63,850 bases of DNA, filler included, from Leucoraja ocellata (GCA_036785375.1; 5 parts of 5 records of this genome joined end to end with filler, not necessarily neighbours in it); one strand, 5' to 3'. Counted from the whole stretch's first letter, positions 1 through 10,225 are shown. Notes: generated by a model not told the origin, from the letters alone. Program-made: numbers and translations.

Positions 1-68
1 AGCCTCATGTACCAGCACTGCTAATGGATTATTGCTGTTCCTCCACAATAAACGATCTCCGTACTTAC

Positions 69-362
69 ATTGAACAGCCATTGTGAGGATCTGCTCGGAT
101 GAGACTGTTGGGTATGTGACTCTGCAGGTGAGCTTTTTCCCGTGATGTTTGAGCGCTGGGGTCAGGTACAGAACAGAAGTATATGTCAGAGTGTCTCCCT
201 GCTGAGTTACGCTGTGTGAGGCTGATGGTGGATCATCAGCGGGGGTGACCCAGGTTAAGGTGGGTGCTGTTCCATCACACGTGGTGTTGAAGGAGCAGGT
301 CACGTTCACAGGCCGACCTGCCACCATTTCTGCAGGGAATATCATGGGTTTATCTGTGAAAT
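69..362 (-). CDS. Siglec-like gene, Ig C2-set (domain 2) exon; gene continues beyond the window start
   Basis: Acceptor ttag at 363-364 and donor gtaagt from 68; 294 nt, phase 1/1, open frame. Translation: (D)FTDKPMIFPAEMVAGRPVNVTCSFNTTCDGTAPTLTWVTPADDPPSASHSVTQQGDTLTYTSVLYLTPALKHHGKKLTCRVTYPTVSSEQILTMAVQ. The TC-x5-C, PTLTW, S-V-L-x-L-T-P and HG-x-x-LTC pattern is typical of Siglec domain 2. Absent from the ORF track. Confidence 0.9.
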
Positions 363-554
363 CTAACACACACAGAAACAGATACTGTTAGATAAATATC
401 ACGAGATGCATCGGCTCACATGGTAATCCCAGTCCCACAGGGAAAATAATATTTTTATTAACACCTCCAGATTATCAAGGATCAGTCTCACTCCCTCTTC
501 TCCCCTCTCCCATCGGGTAAATGGTATAGAAGTGTGAAAACACACACCTTAAAA

Positions 555-1594
555 TAGGTATGTTACAAAACCTACCTGAATCGTGGTTGAGAATCTGCCC
601 CAGCCCGTGTGTGTGATTTTGGCACTGTTTAGAGGGGGCGGGTTTAAAACACGATTTTTACTAGGCTGTTGCAATCGGAAATGTTCAGCCTAGTAAATCA
701 TTAACGAAAAATCGCTGAAAGACCCCGTCGCAAAAGGTATTATTAGTTTTATAGGCCTCGAATAATAGTTATAATAGTTTTTAAATCACTCTCTCAACCC
801 GCGACCTCTCGCAGCCCCAGAGTTTTATAAAGCAAACAATTAAAGGTATGTACCTTATTTTTACATTAAAAGGGGCTTCTTAAGAACCCTGTATATAAAG
901 TTTTCTATAGCGAGTAGTTCATTTTGGGCTCTTTATATCCCGCAGTATTTTTCTGGGCATTTGAGGGCACAAATCCAGCGCAATGTGAACGTTCTCTACC
1001 AGCGCGTTCACAGGAACCCACTAGAAAGCTGATGTAAAATGGACTTTAATTTACAGCAATTGAACACTAAATTCCTCCCATTTGGCCTATAAATTAATGT
1101 AAATGAGATTTAAAAATCATGTTTTATTGGGAATTATTTGTGAATATTATTTGGACACTTGGGCTATTTAAAAATGTTAATCATTTATTAAGAAATGGAT
1201 AGATGTTTAGATCTAATAATTGAAGTTTGAAATTAGCTACAATTGGGTAACTAACTAATTATATGCTTTAATTTCAGGTCATCCAAGTAAGATTATTTTA
1301 TATTTGTTTCAGAATGGTTCAATCTATGATAACTGAAAATTTCATTCAGTTCTCTTAATTTTTAAGAAGGTTATGGGCTTTTGACTGTCCATGATCACAG
1401 CTTTTTTGTTATGTCCATAGAAAATCAGTAGGGAACAAGATGCTAATTTCCGAGTATGAAAATGGCCATAACTTTTTTATTACTTGAGATATTAAAGTGA
1501 ATTAGGTGTCAAATTAAACTTATTTTTATGCTTTATCTGATGGGATAAGTTGCAGACTTGATTTTTTAAATCTCAAAATTTTGTAACATTGCTA
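555..1594. mobile_element. Non-autonomous DNA transposon (hAT-like, 7-bp TSD)
   Basis: Imperfect 16-bp TIRs, TAGGTATGTTACAAAA and TTTTGTAACATTGCTA, with the direct repeat CTTAAAA at 548-554 and 1595-1601. AT-rich, no ORF, and it interrupts an older LINE 3' fragment. Confidence 0.75.
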
Positions 1595-1764
1595 CTTAAA
1601 ATTCCAGGGACAGTTTCTTCCCAACTGATATTAGGCAAATGAACCATCCTACTACAACCTGAAAGCGTTCCTGAACTACTATCTACCTCTTTGGTAACCC
1701 TCGGGCTGTCCTTGATCGGACTTTGCTGGCTTTACATTGCCCTGAACGCTATTCCCTTATCATG

Positions 1765-2540
1765 TAAAAAACAAAGGAGCTGATCGTGGACTTTAGGAGG
1801 GCACATCATCCGAGGACGTACACTCCATTGAGGATAAATGGGGATCCTGTGGATAGGGTGAACTGTTTTAAATACCTGGGAGTCCACATCTCCGAGGATA
1901 TGACATGGGCATCACACGCCTCAGCACTCGTGAGTAAGGCAAGGCAGCGCCTTTACCACCTCAGGCAATTGAGGAAATTCAGAGTGACTCCGAGGATCCT
2001 CCAGTGCTTCTACACAGCGGCGGTGGAAAGCATCTTGCCCGGGAACATTCCCATCTGGTTTGGGAATTGCTCTGCCAAGGACAAGAAGGCTCTGCAGAGA
2101 GTAGTGCGTTCGGCCGAACAAACGCACTATGGGAACTTCACTCGCCCCCCTGCAGGAACTATACAACAGGAGGTGCAACTCCAGAGCAAATAAAATCATG
2201 GGAGACCCCTTCCACCCCCGCAACGGACTATTCCAGCTGCTACGGTCAGGCAAACGCCTCCGTTGCCATGTGGTGGGGGCGGAGAGGTTGAGAAGGAGTT
2301 TCTTCCCAGAGGCAATTCGGACTGTAAACGCCTATCTCACCAGGGACTAACTCTACTGAACGTTTTTCCTTCCATTATTTATTATGTAAAAGAATATGTG
2401 TGTTATGATTGTGTTTATAATTTGTTTGGTTGTTTTGTTGTTTGTCTTTTGCACAAAAGTCCGCGAGCATTGCCACTTTCATTTCACTGCACATCTCGTA
2501 TGTGTGTGTGACAAATAAACTTGACTTGACTTGACTTGAC
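1765..2540 (+). mobile_element. Rex1/Babar (L2-group) non-LTR retrotransposon, 5'-truncated
   Basis: ORFs 1786..2193 and 2129..2350 (frameshifted) encode the RT C-terminus: FKYLGVHIS, KARQRLYHLRQLRKF, LQRVVRSAE, SGKRLR, RSFFP. The tail is AATAAA(CTTGA)4. Confidence 0.85.
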
Positions 2541-2671
2541 ATCTATTTCAGTTTAGGTTTTAGTCACGTGTACCGAGGCACAGTGAAAAGCCTTTGTTGC
2601 ATACTACTGCATGTCCTCGGTCTCATCCACTGTCAGAGTGAGGCAAAACGCAAGTTGGAGGAACAGCATCT

Positions 2672-3300
2672 CATAGAAACATAGAAATTAGGTGCAGGAG
2701 TAGGCCATTTGGCCCTTCGAGCCTGCACCGCCATTCAATATGATCATAGCTGATCATCCAACTCAGTATCCCGTACCTGCCTTCTCTCCATACCCTCTGA
2801 TCCCCTTAGCCACAAGGGCCACATCTAACTCCCTCTTAAATATAGCCAATGAACTGTGGCCTCGACTACCCTCTGTGGCAGAGAGTTCCAGAGATTCACC
2901 ACTCTCTGTGTGAAAAAAAGTTCTTCTCATCTCGGTTTTAAAGGATTTCCCCCTTACCCTTAAACTGTGACCCCTTGTCCTGGACTTCCCCAACATCGGG
3001 AGCAATTTTCCTGCATCTAGCCTGTCCAACCCCTTAAGAATTTTGTAAGTTTCTATAATATCCCCTCTCAATCTCCTAAATTCTAGAGAGTATAAACCAA
3101 GTCTATCCAGTCTTTCTTCATAAGACAGTCCTGACATCCCAGGAATCAGTCTGGTGAACCTTCTCTGCACTCCCTCTATGGCAATAATGTCCTTCCTCAG
3201 ATTTTGAGACCAAAACTGTACGCAATACTCCAGGTGTGGTCTCACCAAGACCCTGTACAACTGCAGTAGAACCTCCCTGCTCCTATACTCAAATCCTTTT
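2672..3300 (-). mobile_element. CR1/HER1-like LINE 3' fragment (family A, TATGTTTC tail)
   Basis: ORF 2763..3260, [17 protein letters not shown]...GYGEKAGTGY; tail at about 2672-2690. Confidence 0.9.
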
Positions 3301-3449
3301 ATATCCTAGTTATATGGTCATAAGACTAGTCCGAGGGTCATCAAAGCGATAGATAGTAGTTCAGGACCGCTCTCTGGTTGTGGTAGGATGGTTCAGTTGC
3401 CTGATAACAGCTGGGAAGAAACTGGGAAGAAATTACACGGAGCACTTAC

Positions 3450-3818
3450 CAGTTACATGGAGCTGTGTTGCAGGCTGATAGTTGTAATAATTTTGGCCGT
3501 CGAGGAAATCGACCCTGAAAAAATAAGGACCTGCGTCTTCCGGAGTGACGTTGTCTATAACCAGGGAACAGTCGTTGTCTCTCAGGACTCCTGACAGCCG
3601 GGTCCGATGCAGAAACTTTGGTAATACTGTGATGTGAGTCTCAGAGAAAAAGGCTACAGACGTGAAGTCCAGCGTCTCGCTGTTAAACCAGACTCCAAAC
3701 CGCGGTTTATCGTTCAGAGTCGACGGGTGGCTGTAGTGACACGGGATCCGTGCACACAAACCATTCTGCGCTGTCACATGTGGTGGATTGTCCGCAGTCC
3801 ACTGTCCCGACACCACGG
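3450..3818 (-). CDS. Siglec-like gene, N-terminal Ig V-set (sialic-acid-binding) exon
   Basis: Lies inside ORF 3433..3837. Acceptor ttctctcctcag at 3819-3820, donor gtaagt from 3449; 369 nt, phase 1/1. Siglec hallmarks: N-terminal W, GLCARIPC (two Cys), DCSLVI (E-strand Cys), DAGPYFFR (essential F-strand Arg) and G-strand aromatics (YYNY). Confidence 0.92.
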
Positions 3819-4325
3819 CTGAGGAGAGAAGGAACAAGATTTTTTTTTTTTTTTTTTGTAATTGTTCGGCACGGACTTGTAGGGCCGAGATGGCCTGTTT
3901 CTGTGCTGTAATTGTTATATGGTTATATGGTTATATGGTTAAATACAAAACATAGGAAAGCAGGATTTAATTACTATGCAACAAATAGCTGGAATAAACT
4001 TCCTGAAGATTTAAGACTGGCCTCAACTTTGACCACTTTTAAAACAAGACTGAAAACTTTTATGTTTACTTTAGCTTTCAGCTAAATCTTAACTCTTAAT
4101 TGGCAACGTTTGCAGCTACCAAACAATGGATTCCTAGCATACTTTATGGTAGGCTTCGAATAATAGATGCATACTATTCAATGCCCATCCATAAGATCAT
4201 CGAAGATACCTAAAAGGTTACCTGGAGGAGGTAACAATGGCAGCACAAATTATAGATTAATGGGCTAATATGAGCCAAAACTGTTTCTAAGAATGTTAAA
4301 TCAGCCCTGACACTTAAGGAACATG

Positions 4326-4640
4326 TTTTTTTTTTTTTTAATCAAAAAATTTATTCAATTATTAAAAAATAATATTTACACTACAATAAAACAAGCCAGA
4401 ACCCACCACCATAAATACAATACAAACATATATCCATAATAAACTATTATACAATTATGATACAATCCTTATTGAGGATACATTCAACACCCTGCAGAGC
4501 CCGGCGTTCCCGGAACTCCTTCAGGGTGCCCACAGACAGGGCGTATTCCCTTTCTAATCCCACCCAGGCACGGACATAACCCCGGAAAAGGGGCAGACAG
4601 CTGGCTCGGGTAGAGCCCTCTGCCGTCTGAAGGAACAAGC
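4326..4640 (-). mobile_element. Tx1/L1-clade retrotransposon 3' end with poly(A) tail
   Basis: Poly-T on + at 4326-4339. ORF 4447..4638, CLPLFRGYVRAWVGLEREYALSVGTLKEFRER, resembles the Tx1 ORF2 C-terminus. Confidence 0.65.
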
Positions 4641-4759
4641 TTTAGCAGTGAACACCCTGTCAGTTCACTGGACTCACTCTCCACACATTATATCCTGCGC
4701 CGTGGGCCTGGTGTGTACAGAGCGGGGAAGAGTGGCATGGTGGTGTATTGGTAGAGCCT

Positions 4760-5148
4760 CACTCCTCACCCTCCCCACACAGTGTGTCACTCCCCACCTC
4801 ACCCCCCTCCCACAGTGTGTGTCCCTCCCACAGTGTACCACTCCCGCAGTGTGTCACTCCCACCCACAGCGTGTCACTCCCACCCACAGTGTGTCACTCA
4901 CCCCCCCCTCCCACAGCGTGTGTCACTCCCGCAGTGTGTCACACCCTCACACAGTGCGTCACTCCCTCCCACAGTGCATCACTCCCACCTCAACCCCCCC
5001 CACAGTGTGTGTCACTCCCCACCTCACCCCCCCCCCCACAGTGTGTGTCACTCCCACCTCACCCCTCCACCACGGTGTGTGTCACTCCCACCTCACCCCC
5101 CACTCCCACAGTGTGTCACTCCCCACGTCACCCCCCCCCCTCCCACAG
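4760..5148. repeat. Degenerate C/A-rich minisatellite (CACAGTGTGTCACTCCC...)
   Basis: Repeated cacagtgtgtcactccc cores separated by C tracts. It generates the spurious Pro/His/Thr-rich ORFs at 4648-5342. Confidence 0.85.
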
Positions 5149-5391
5149 CTCGGAGGTGCGTGGATCGGAGCTCTCGCGAAAACACCCAAGTTCGTTGTTT
5201 GAAACATCTTTGGGTAGTTGGAGGAGGTACAGTGGTGTCTATAAACATCTCATGTACATCTCACTGCAACTCTGCAGAGATTTATTTGAAGAAATGTCTT
5301 CGTGTGTTGGGCTGTGTGCGGTGTTATGAGCAAACTGTGTAGCTCCCGCTACAGTGGCTGGCAGCCCGCCAGGGAAGGTGCGGCGCCCCAA

Positions 5392-6412
5392 AAATGCAGA
5401 TGCAGTATAATGTGGATAAATGTGAGGTTATCCACTTTGGTGGCAAAAACAGGAAAGCAGACTTCATAAGACAGTCCTGACATCCCAGGAATCAGTCTGG
5501 TGAACCTTCTCTGCACTCCCTCTATGGCAATAATGTCCTTCCTCAGATTTGGAGACCAAAACTGTACGCAAACCCCAGGTGTGGTCTCACCAAGACCCTG
5601 TTCAACTGCAGTAGAACCTCCCTGCTCCTGTACTCAAATCCTTTTGCTATGAAAGCTAAACATAGAAACATAGAAACATAGAAATTAGGTGCAGGAGTAG
5701 AGGCCATTCGGCCCTTCGAGCCTGCACCGCCATTCAATATGATCATGGCTGATCATCCAACTCAGTATCCCGTACCTGCCTTCTCTCCATACCCTCTGAT
5801 CCCCTTACCACAAGGGCCACATCTAACTCCCTTTTAAATATAGCCAATCAACTGTGGCCTCGACTACCCTCTGTGGCAGAGAGTTCCAGAGATTCACCAC
5901 TCTCTGTGTGAAAAAAGTTCTTCTCATCTCGGTTTTAAAGGATTTCCCCCTTATCCTTAAGCTGTGACCCCTTGTCCTGGATACCTAACATACCATTTGC
6001 TTTCTTCACTGCCTGCTGCACCTGCATGCCTAATTTCAATGACTGGTGTACCATGACACCCAGGTCTCGCTGCATCTCCCCCTTTCCCAATCGGCCACCA
6101 TTTAGATAATAGTCTGCTTTCCCGTTTTTGCCACCAAAATGGATAACCTCACATTTATCCACATTATACTGCATCTGCCAAACATTTGCCCACTCACCCA
6201 GCCTATCCAAGTCACCTTGCAGTCTCCTAGCATCCTCCTCACAGCTAACACTGCCCCCCAGCTTAGTGTCATCCGCAAACTTGGAGATATTGCCTTCAAT
6301 TCCCTCATCCAGATCATTAATATATATTGTAAATAGCTGGGGTCCCAGCACTGAGCCTTGGGGTACCCCACTAGTCACTGCCTGCCATTGTGAAAAGGAC
6401 CCGTTTACTCCT
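5392..6412 (-). mobile_element. Cluster of nested CR1 fragments including RT core (KFADDTK)
   Basis: ORF 5935..6492, [14 protein letters not shown]...[10 protein letters not shown]. Internal 3' tail (catagaaa)n at about 5660-5683. Confidence 0.85.
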
Positions 6413-6626
6413 TTTTGTTGTGGTGAGAATGAGAAGCTGGTGCAACTTGAGTGGGGTAGGGATAGAGAGATACTTGAAGTGAGAAAAATCAATATTCATA
6501 CCACTGGGTTGGAAGCTGCCAAGCAAAATATGAGATGCTGTTCCTCTCATTTGCATTTGGCCTCACTGACAGTGGAGGAGAACTAGGATTGAAAGGTCAG
6601 TGTGGGAATGGGAAGGGTAATTAAAG

Positions 6627-7578
6627 TTACACAAAAAAGCTGGAGAAACTCAGCGGGTGCAGCAGCATCTATGGAGCGAAGGAAATAGGCAACGTTTCGG
6701 GCCGAAACCCTTCTTCAGACTGATCGGGGGCGGGGGTGGGCGGGGACAAGAAAGGGAAAAGGAGGAGGAGCCCGAAGGCTGGGGGATGGGAGGAGACAGC
6801 AGGGGGACTGGGGAAGGGGAGGAGACAGCAAGGACTAACAAAATTGGGAGAATTCAATGTTCATGCCCCCAGGATGCAGACTCCCCAAACGGAATATGAG
6901 GTGCTGTTCCACCAATTTCCGGTGCTGCTCGCTGTGGCCATGGAGGAGACCCAGGACAGAGAGGTCGGAGGCGGAGTGGGAGGGGGAGTTGAAGTGCTGA
7001 GCCACCGGGAGGTCAGCTTGGTTATTGCGGACCGAGCGGAGGTGTTCGGCAAAACGATCGCCCAACCTCCGCTTGGTCTCACCGATATAGATCTGCTGAC
7101 ATCTAGAGCAGCGGACGCAATAGATGAGGTTGGAAGAGATGCAGGTAAACCTCTGTCGCACCTGGAACGATTGCTTGGGTCCTTGAACGGAGTCGAGGGG
7201 GGAGGTAAAGGGACAAGTGTTGCATCTGTTGCGGTTGCAAGGGAAAGTGCCCGGGGAGGGGGTGGTACGAGAGGGAAGGGAAGAATTGACAAGGGAGTTA
7301 TGGAGGGAGAAGTCTTTGCGGAAGGCAGATATGGGGGGAGATGGGAAGATGTGGCGAGTGGTGGGGTCACGTTGGAGGTGGCGAAACTGACGGAGGATTA
7401 CTTTTTGTATGTGACGGCTGGTGGGGTGAAAGGTGAGGACTAGGGGGACTCGGCCCTTGTTGCGAGTGGGGGGATGGGGAGAGAGAGCAGTGTTGCGGGG
7501 TATGGAAGAGACCCTGGTGCGAGCCTCATTTATGGTGGAGGAGGGGAACCCCCGTTCCTTGAATAATGAGGACATTTC
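6627..7578 (-). mobile_element. Penelope-like element (Neptune-type), 5'-truncated: Cys-rich linker, GIY-YIG endonuclease, 3' pseudo-LTR
   Basis: Uninterrupted ORF 6835..7575 with C-x4-C-x2-[34 protein letters not shown] and GMN. 13-bp TSD AGGGTAATTAAAG at 6614-6626 and 7579-7591. Inserted into an older Penelope copy (about 6415-6613 and 7592-7655). Confidence 0.9.
6691..6718 (-). ncRNA. Minimal type I hammerhead ribozyme motif (Penelope-associated)
   Basis: CUGAAGA-A-GGGU-UUCG-GCCC-GAAAC-GUU: conserved core, stem II with a UUCG loop, and palindromic AACGUU in place of stem III. Confidence 0.75.
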
Positions 7579-7762
7579 AGGGTAATTAAAGCGTTTGGCA
7601 ACCGGGAGATCAGGTAGGTCCAGGAAGACTGAACGGAGGTGTTCAGCGAAACGATCATAACAGCCCCAGCACTGACCGCTACGGAACTCCGCTAGTCGCT
7701 GGCAGCCAACCAGTTAAAGCCCCCCTCGCCCATAAATACTTCTGAGTTGCTGCTGATGGTAC

Positions 7763-7802
7763 CTTGGAGAAGGGAGAGGAGGAAGAATGATCTCCCGATC
7801 AT
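7763..7802 (-). CDS. Siglec-like gene, signal-peptide coding part of exon 7763-7836
   Basis: ATG at 7802 in context ACAATGA gives MIGRSFFLLSLLQ + G|gtacc (40 nt, phase 1). It splices in frame to the V exon (AVVSGQW). Acceptor ttctcttccag at 7837-7838. Confidence 0.8.
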
Positions 7803-7929
7803 TGTCCGATCCCAGATATCCCGTCAGTTACCCGATCTGGAAGAGAAAGTAATTGCAGTCAAACTCCAGCGAACAATCTCGTTGAATTGCTGCGCAGGAA
7901 GACACTGTAGATGCTGCTTTTTCCTAAAC

Positions 7930-8765
7930 CATAGACACAAACATAGAAACATAGAAATTAGGTGCAGGAGTAGAGGCCATTCAGCCCTTCGAGCCTGCAC
8001 CGCCATTCAATATGATCATGGCTGATCATCCAACTCAGTATCCCGTACCTGCCTTCTCTCCATACCCCCTGATCCCCTTAGCCACAAGGGCCACATCTAA
8101 CTCCCTCTTAAATATAGCCAATGAACTGTGGCCTCAACTACCCTCTGCGGCAGAGAGTTCCAGAGATTCACCACTCTCTGTGTGAAAAAAGTTCTTCTCA
8201 TCTCGGTTTTAAAGGATTTCCCCCTTATCCTTAAGCTGGGGCCCCTTGTCCTGGACTTCCCCAACATCGGGAACAATCTTCCTGCATCTAGCCTGTCCAA
8301 CCCCTTAAGAATGTTGTAAGTTTCTACAAGATCCCCTCTCAATCTCCTAAATTCTAGAGAGTATAAACCAAGTCTATCCAGTCTTTCTTCATAAGACAGG
8401 CCTGACATCCCAGGAATCAGTCTGGTGAACCGCCTCTGCACTCCCTCTATGGCAATAATGTCCTTCCTCAGATTTGGAGACCAAAACTGTACGCAATACT
8501 CCAGGTGTGGAGCATTTTTCACACAGAAAGTGGTGAATCTCTCGAACTCTCTGCCACAGAGGGTAGTTGAGGCCAGTTCATTGGCTATATTTAAGAGGGA
8601 GTTAGATGTGGCCCTTGTGGCTAAGGGGATCAGGGGGTATGGAGAGAAGGCAGGTACGGGATACTGAGTTGGATGATCAGCCATGATCATATTGAATGGC
8701 GGTGCAGGCTCGAAGGGCCGAATGGCCTACTCCTGCACCTAATTTCTATGTTTCTATGTTTCTAT
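7930..8765. mobile_element. CR1-A (minus) with a second CR1-A 3' end (plus, ~8513-8765) inserted into it
   Basis: Opposite-orientation 3' ends; GTGTGG duplicated at 8505-8510 and 8766-8771; the host sequence resumes with tctcacc. Confidence 0.8.
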
Positions 8766-8778
8766 GTGTGGTCTCACC

Positions 8779-9140
8779 TTTATGTCCATAGAAAATCAAT
8801 AGGGAACAAGATGCTAATTTCCGAGTATGAAAATGGCCATAACTTTTTTATTACTTGAGATATGAAAGTGAATTAGGTGTCAAATTAAACTTACTGTTAT
8901 GCTTTATCTGATGGGATAAATTGCAGACTTGATTTTTTAAATCTCAAAATGTTGTAACATTGCTAGGAAAAGCACTAGGGAATAAGATACTAATTTCCGA
9001 GTGTGAAAATGACCATAACATTTTAATACTGAAGATATGAAAGTGAAGTAGGTATCAAATTACAATTCTTTTCATGTTTTATCTGATGGGATAAATTATA
9101 GGCTTGATTTTTAAAATCTCCAAATGTTGTAACATTCCTA
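8779..9140 (+). mobile_element. Two tandem right-end fragments of the 555-1594 transposon
   Basis: 8779-8965 matches 1409-1594 and ends GTAACATTGCTA. 8976-9140 is a more diverged copy ending GTAACATTCCTA. Confidence 0.8.
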
Positions 9141-9299
9141 ATGTGTTCAAGGGGTATTACAATAGAGAAAGAAAGCAGAGTGTAGAATATAATTTGACAG
9201 CTGCTCCTAACCCCCTCTCTATGTAACTCACTCTGTTCCCGATACTCCTTCTTGTCTCTGTAACCCCTTCCCCTCCGATCCCTCCACCCCTCCCTTTAA

Positions 9300-10225
9300 T
9301 GTGAGGTGCTACACCTTGGCAGGACAAATCAAAATAGGACGTACATGGTAAATGGTGGGGAATTGAAGAATACAGTTGAAAAGAGGGATCTGGGTATAAC
9401 CGTGCATAGTTCCTTGAAGGTGGAATCTCATATAGATAGGGTGGTAAAGAAAGCTTTTGGTATGCTAGCCTTTATAAATCAGAGCATTGAGTATAGAAGC
9501 TGGGATGTAATGTTAAAATTGTACAAGGCATTGGTGAGACCAAATCTGGAGTATGGTGTACAATTTTGGTCGCCCAATTATAGGACAAAATTGAGAGAGA
9601 GTACAGAGGAGATTTACTGGAATTTTAGATACACAAAAAAGCTGGAGAAACTCAGCGGGTGCAGCAGCATCTATGGAGCGAAGGAAATAGGCAACGTTTC
9701 GGGCCGAAACCCTTCTTCAGAATGTTGCCTGGATGTTTACTAGAATGTTTACTAGAATGTTGCCTGGGTTTCAACAACTAAGTTACAGAGAAAGGTTGAA
9801 TAAGTTAGGTCTTTATTCTCTGGAGCGCAGAAGGTTAAGGGGGGACTTGATAGAGGTCTTCAAAATGATGAGAGGGATAGACAGAGTTGATGTGGACCAG
9901 CTTTTCCCTTTGAGAATAGGGAAGATTCAAACAAGAGGACATGACTTCAGAATTAAGGGACAGAAGTTTAGGGGTAACATGAGGGGGAACTTCCTTACTC
10001 AGAGAGTGGTAGTGGTGTGGAATGAGCTTCCAGTGGAAGTGGTGGAGGCAGGTTCGTTGATATCATTTAAAAATAAATTGGATAGGCATATGGATGAGAA
10101 GGGAATGGAGGGTTATGGTATGAGTGCAGGCAGGCGGGACTAAGGGAATAAAGTTGTTCGGCACGGACTTGTAGGGCCGAGATGGCCTGTTTCCGTGCTG
10201 TAATTGTTATATGGTTATTATATGG
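9300..10225 (+). mobile_element. CR1 family B LINE fragment (TATATGGT tail) interrupted by a short Penelope-end insertion
   Basis: ORFs 9306..9743 and 9733..10143 (LVRPNLEYGVQFWSP, RRLRGDLIEVFK). Confidence 0.88.
9628..9720 (-). mobile_element. ~95-bp Penelope 3'-end element containing a hammerhead motif (9693-9720)
   Basis: Matches 6628-6718 and ends exactly at CTGAAGA. Absent from the homologous position in arm B (about 20105-20130). Confidence 0.82.

Noticed and set aside
4648-5342. Three overlapping 184-193 aa Pro/His/Thr-rich ORFs (mucin- or extensin-like)
   Set aside because: They are open only because the C/A-rich tandem repeat lacks stops. They are antisense in a Siglec intron and have no splice or domain support.
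6736-7443. 235-aa Gly/Val-rich plus-strand ORF (and 43729..44250)
   Set aside because: Antisense shadow of the Penelope GIY-YIG ORF.
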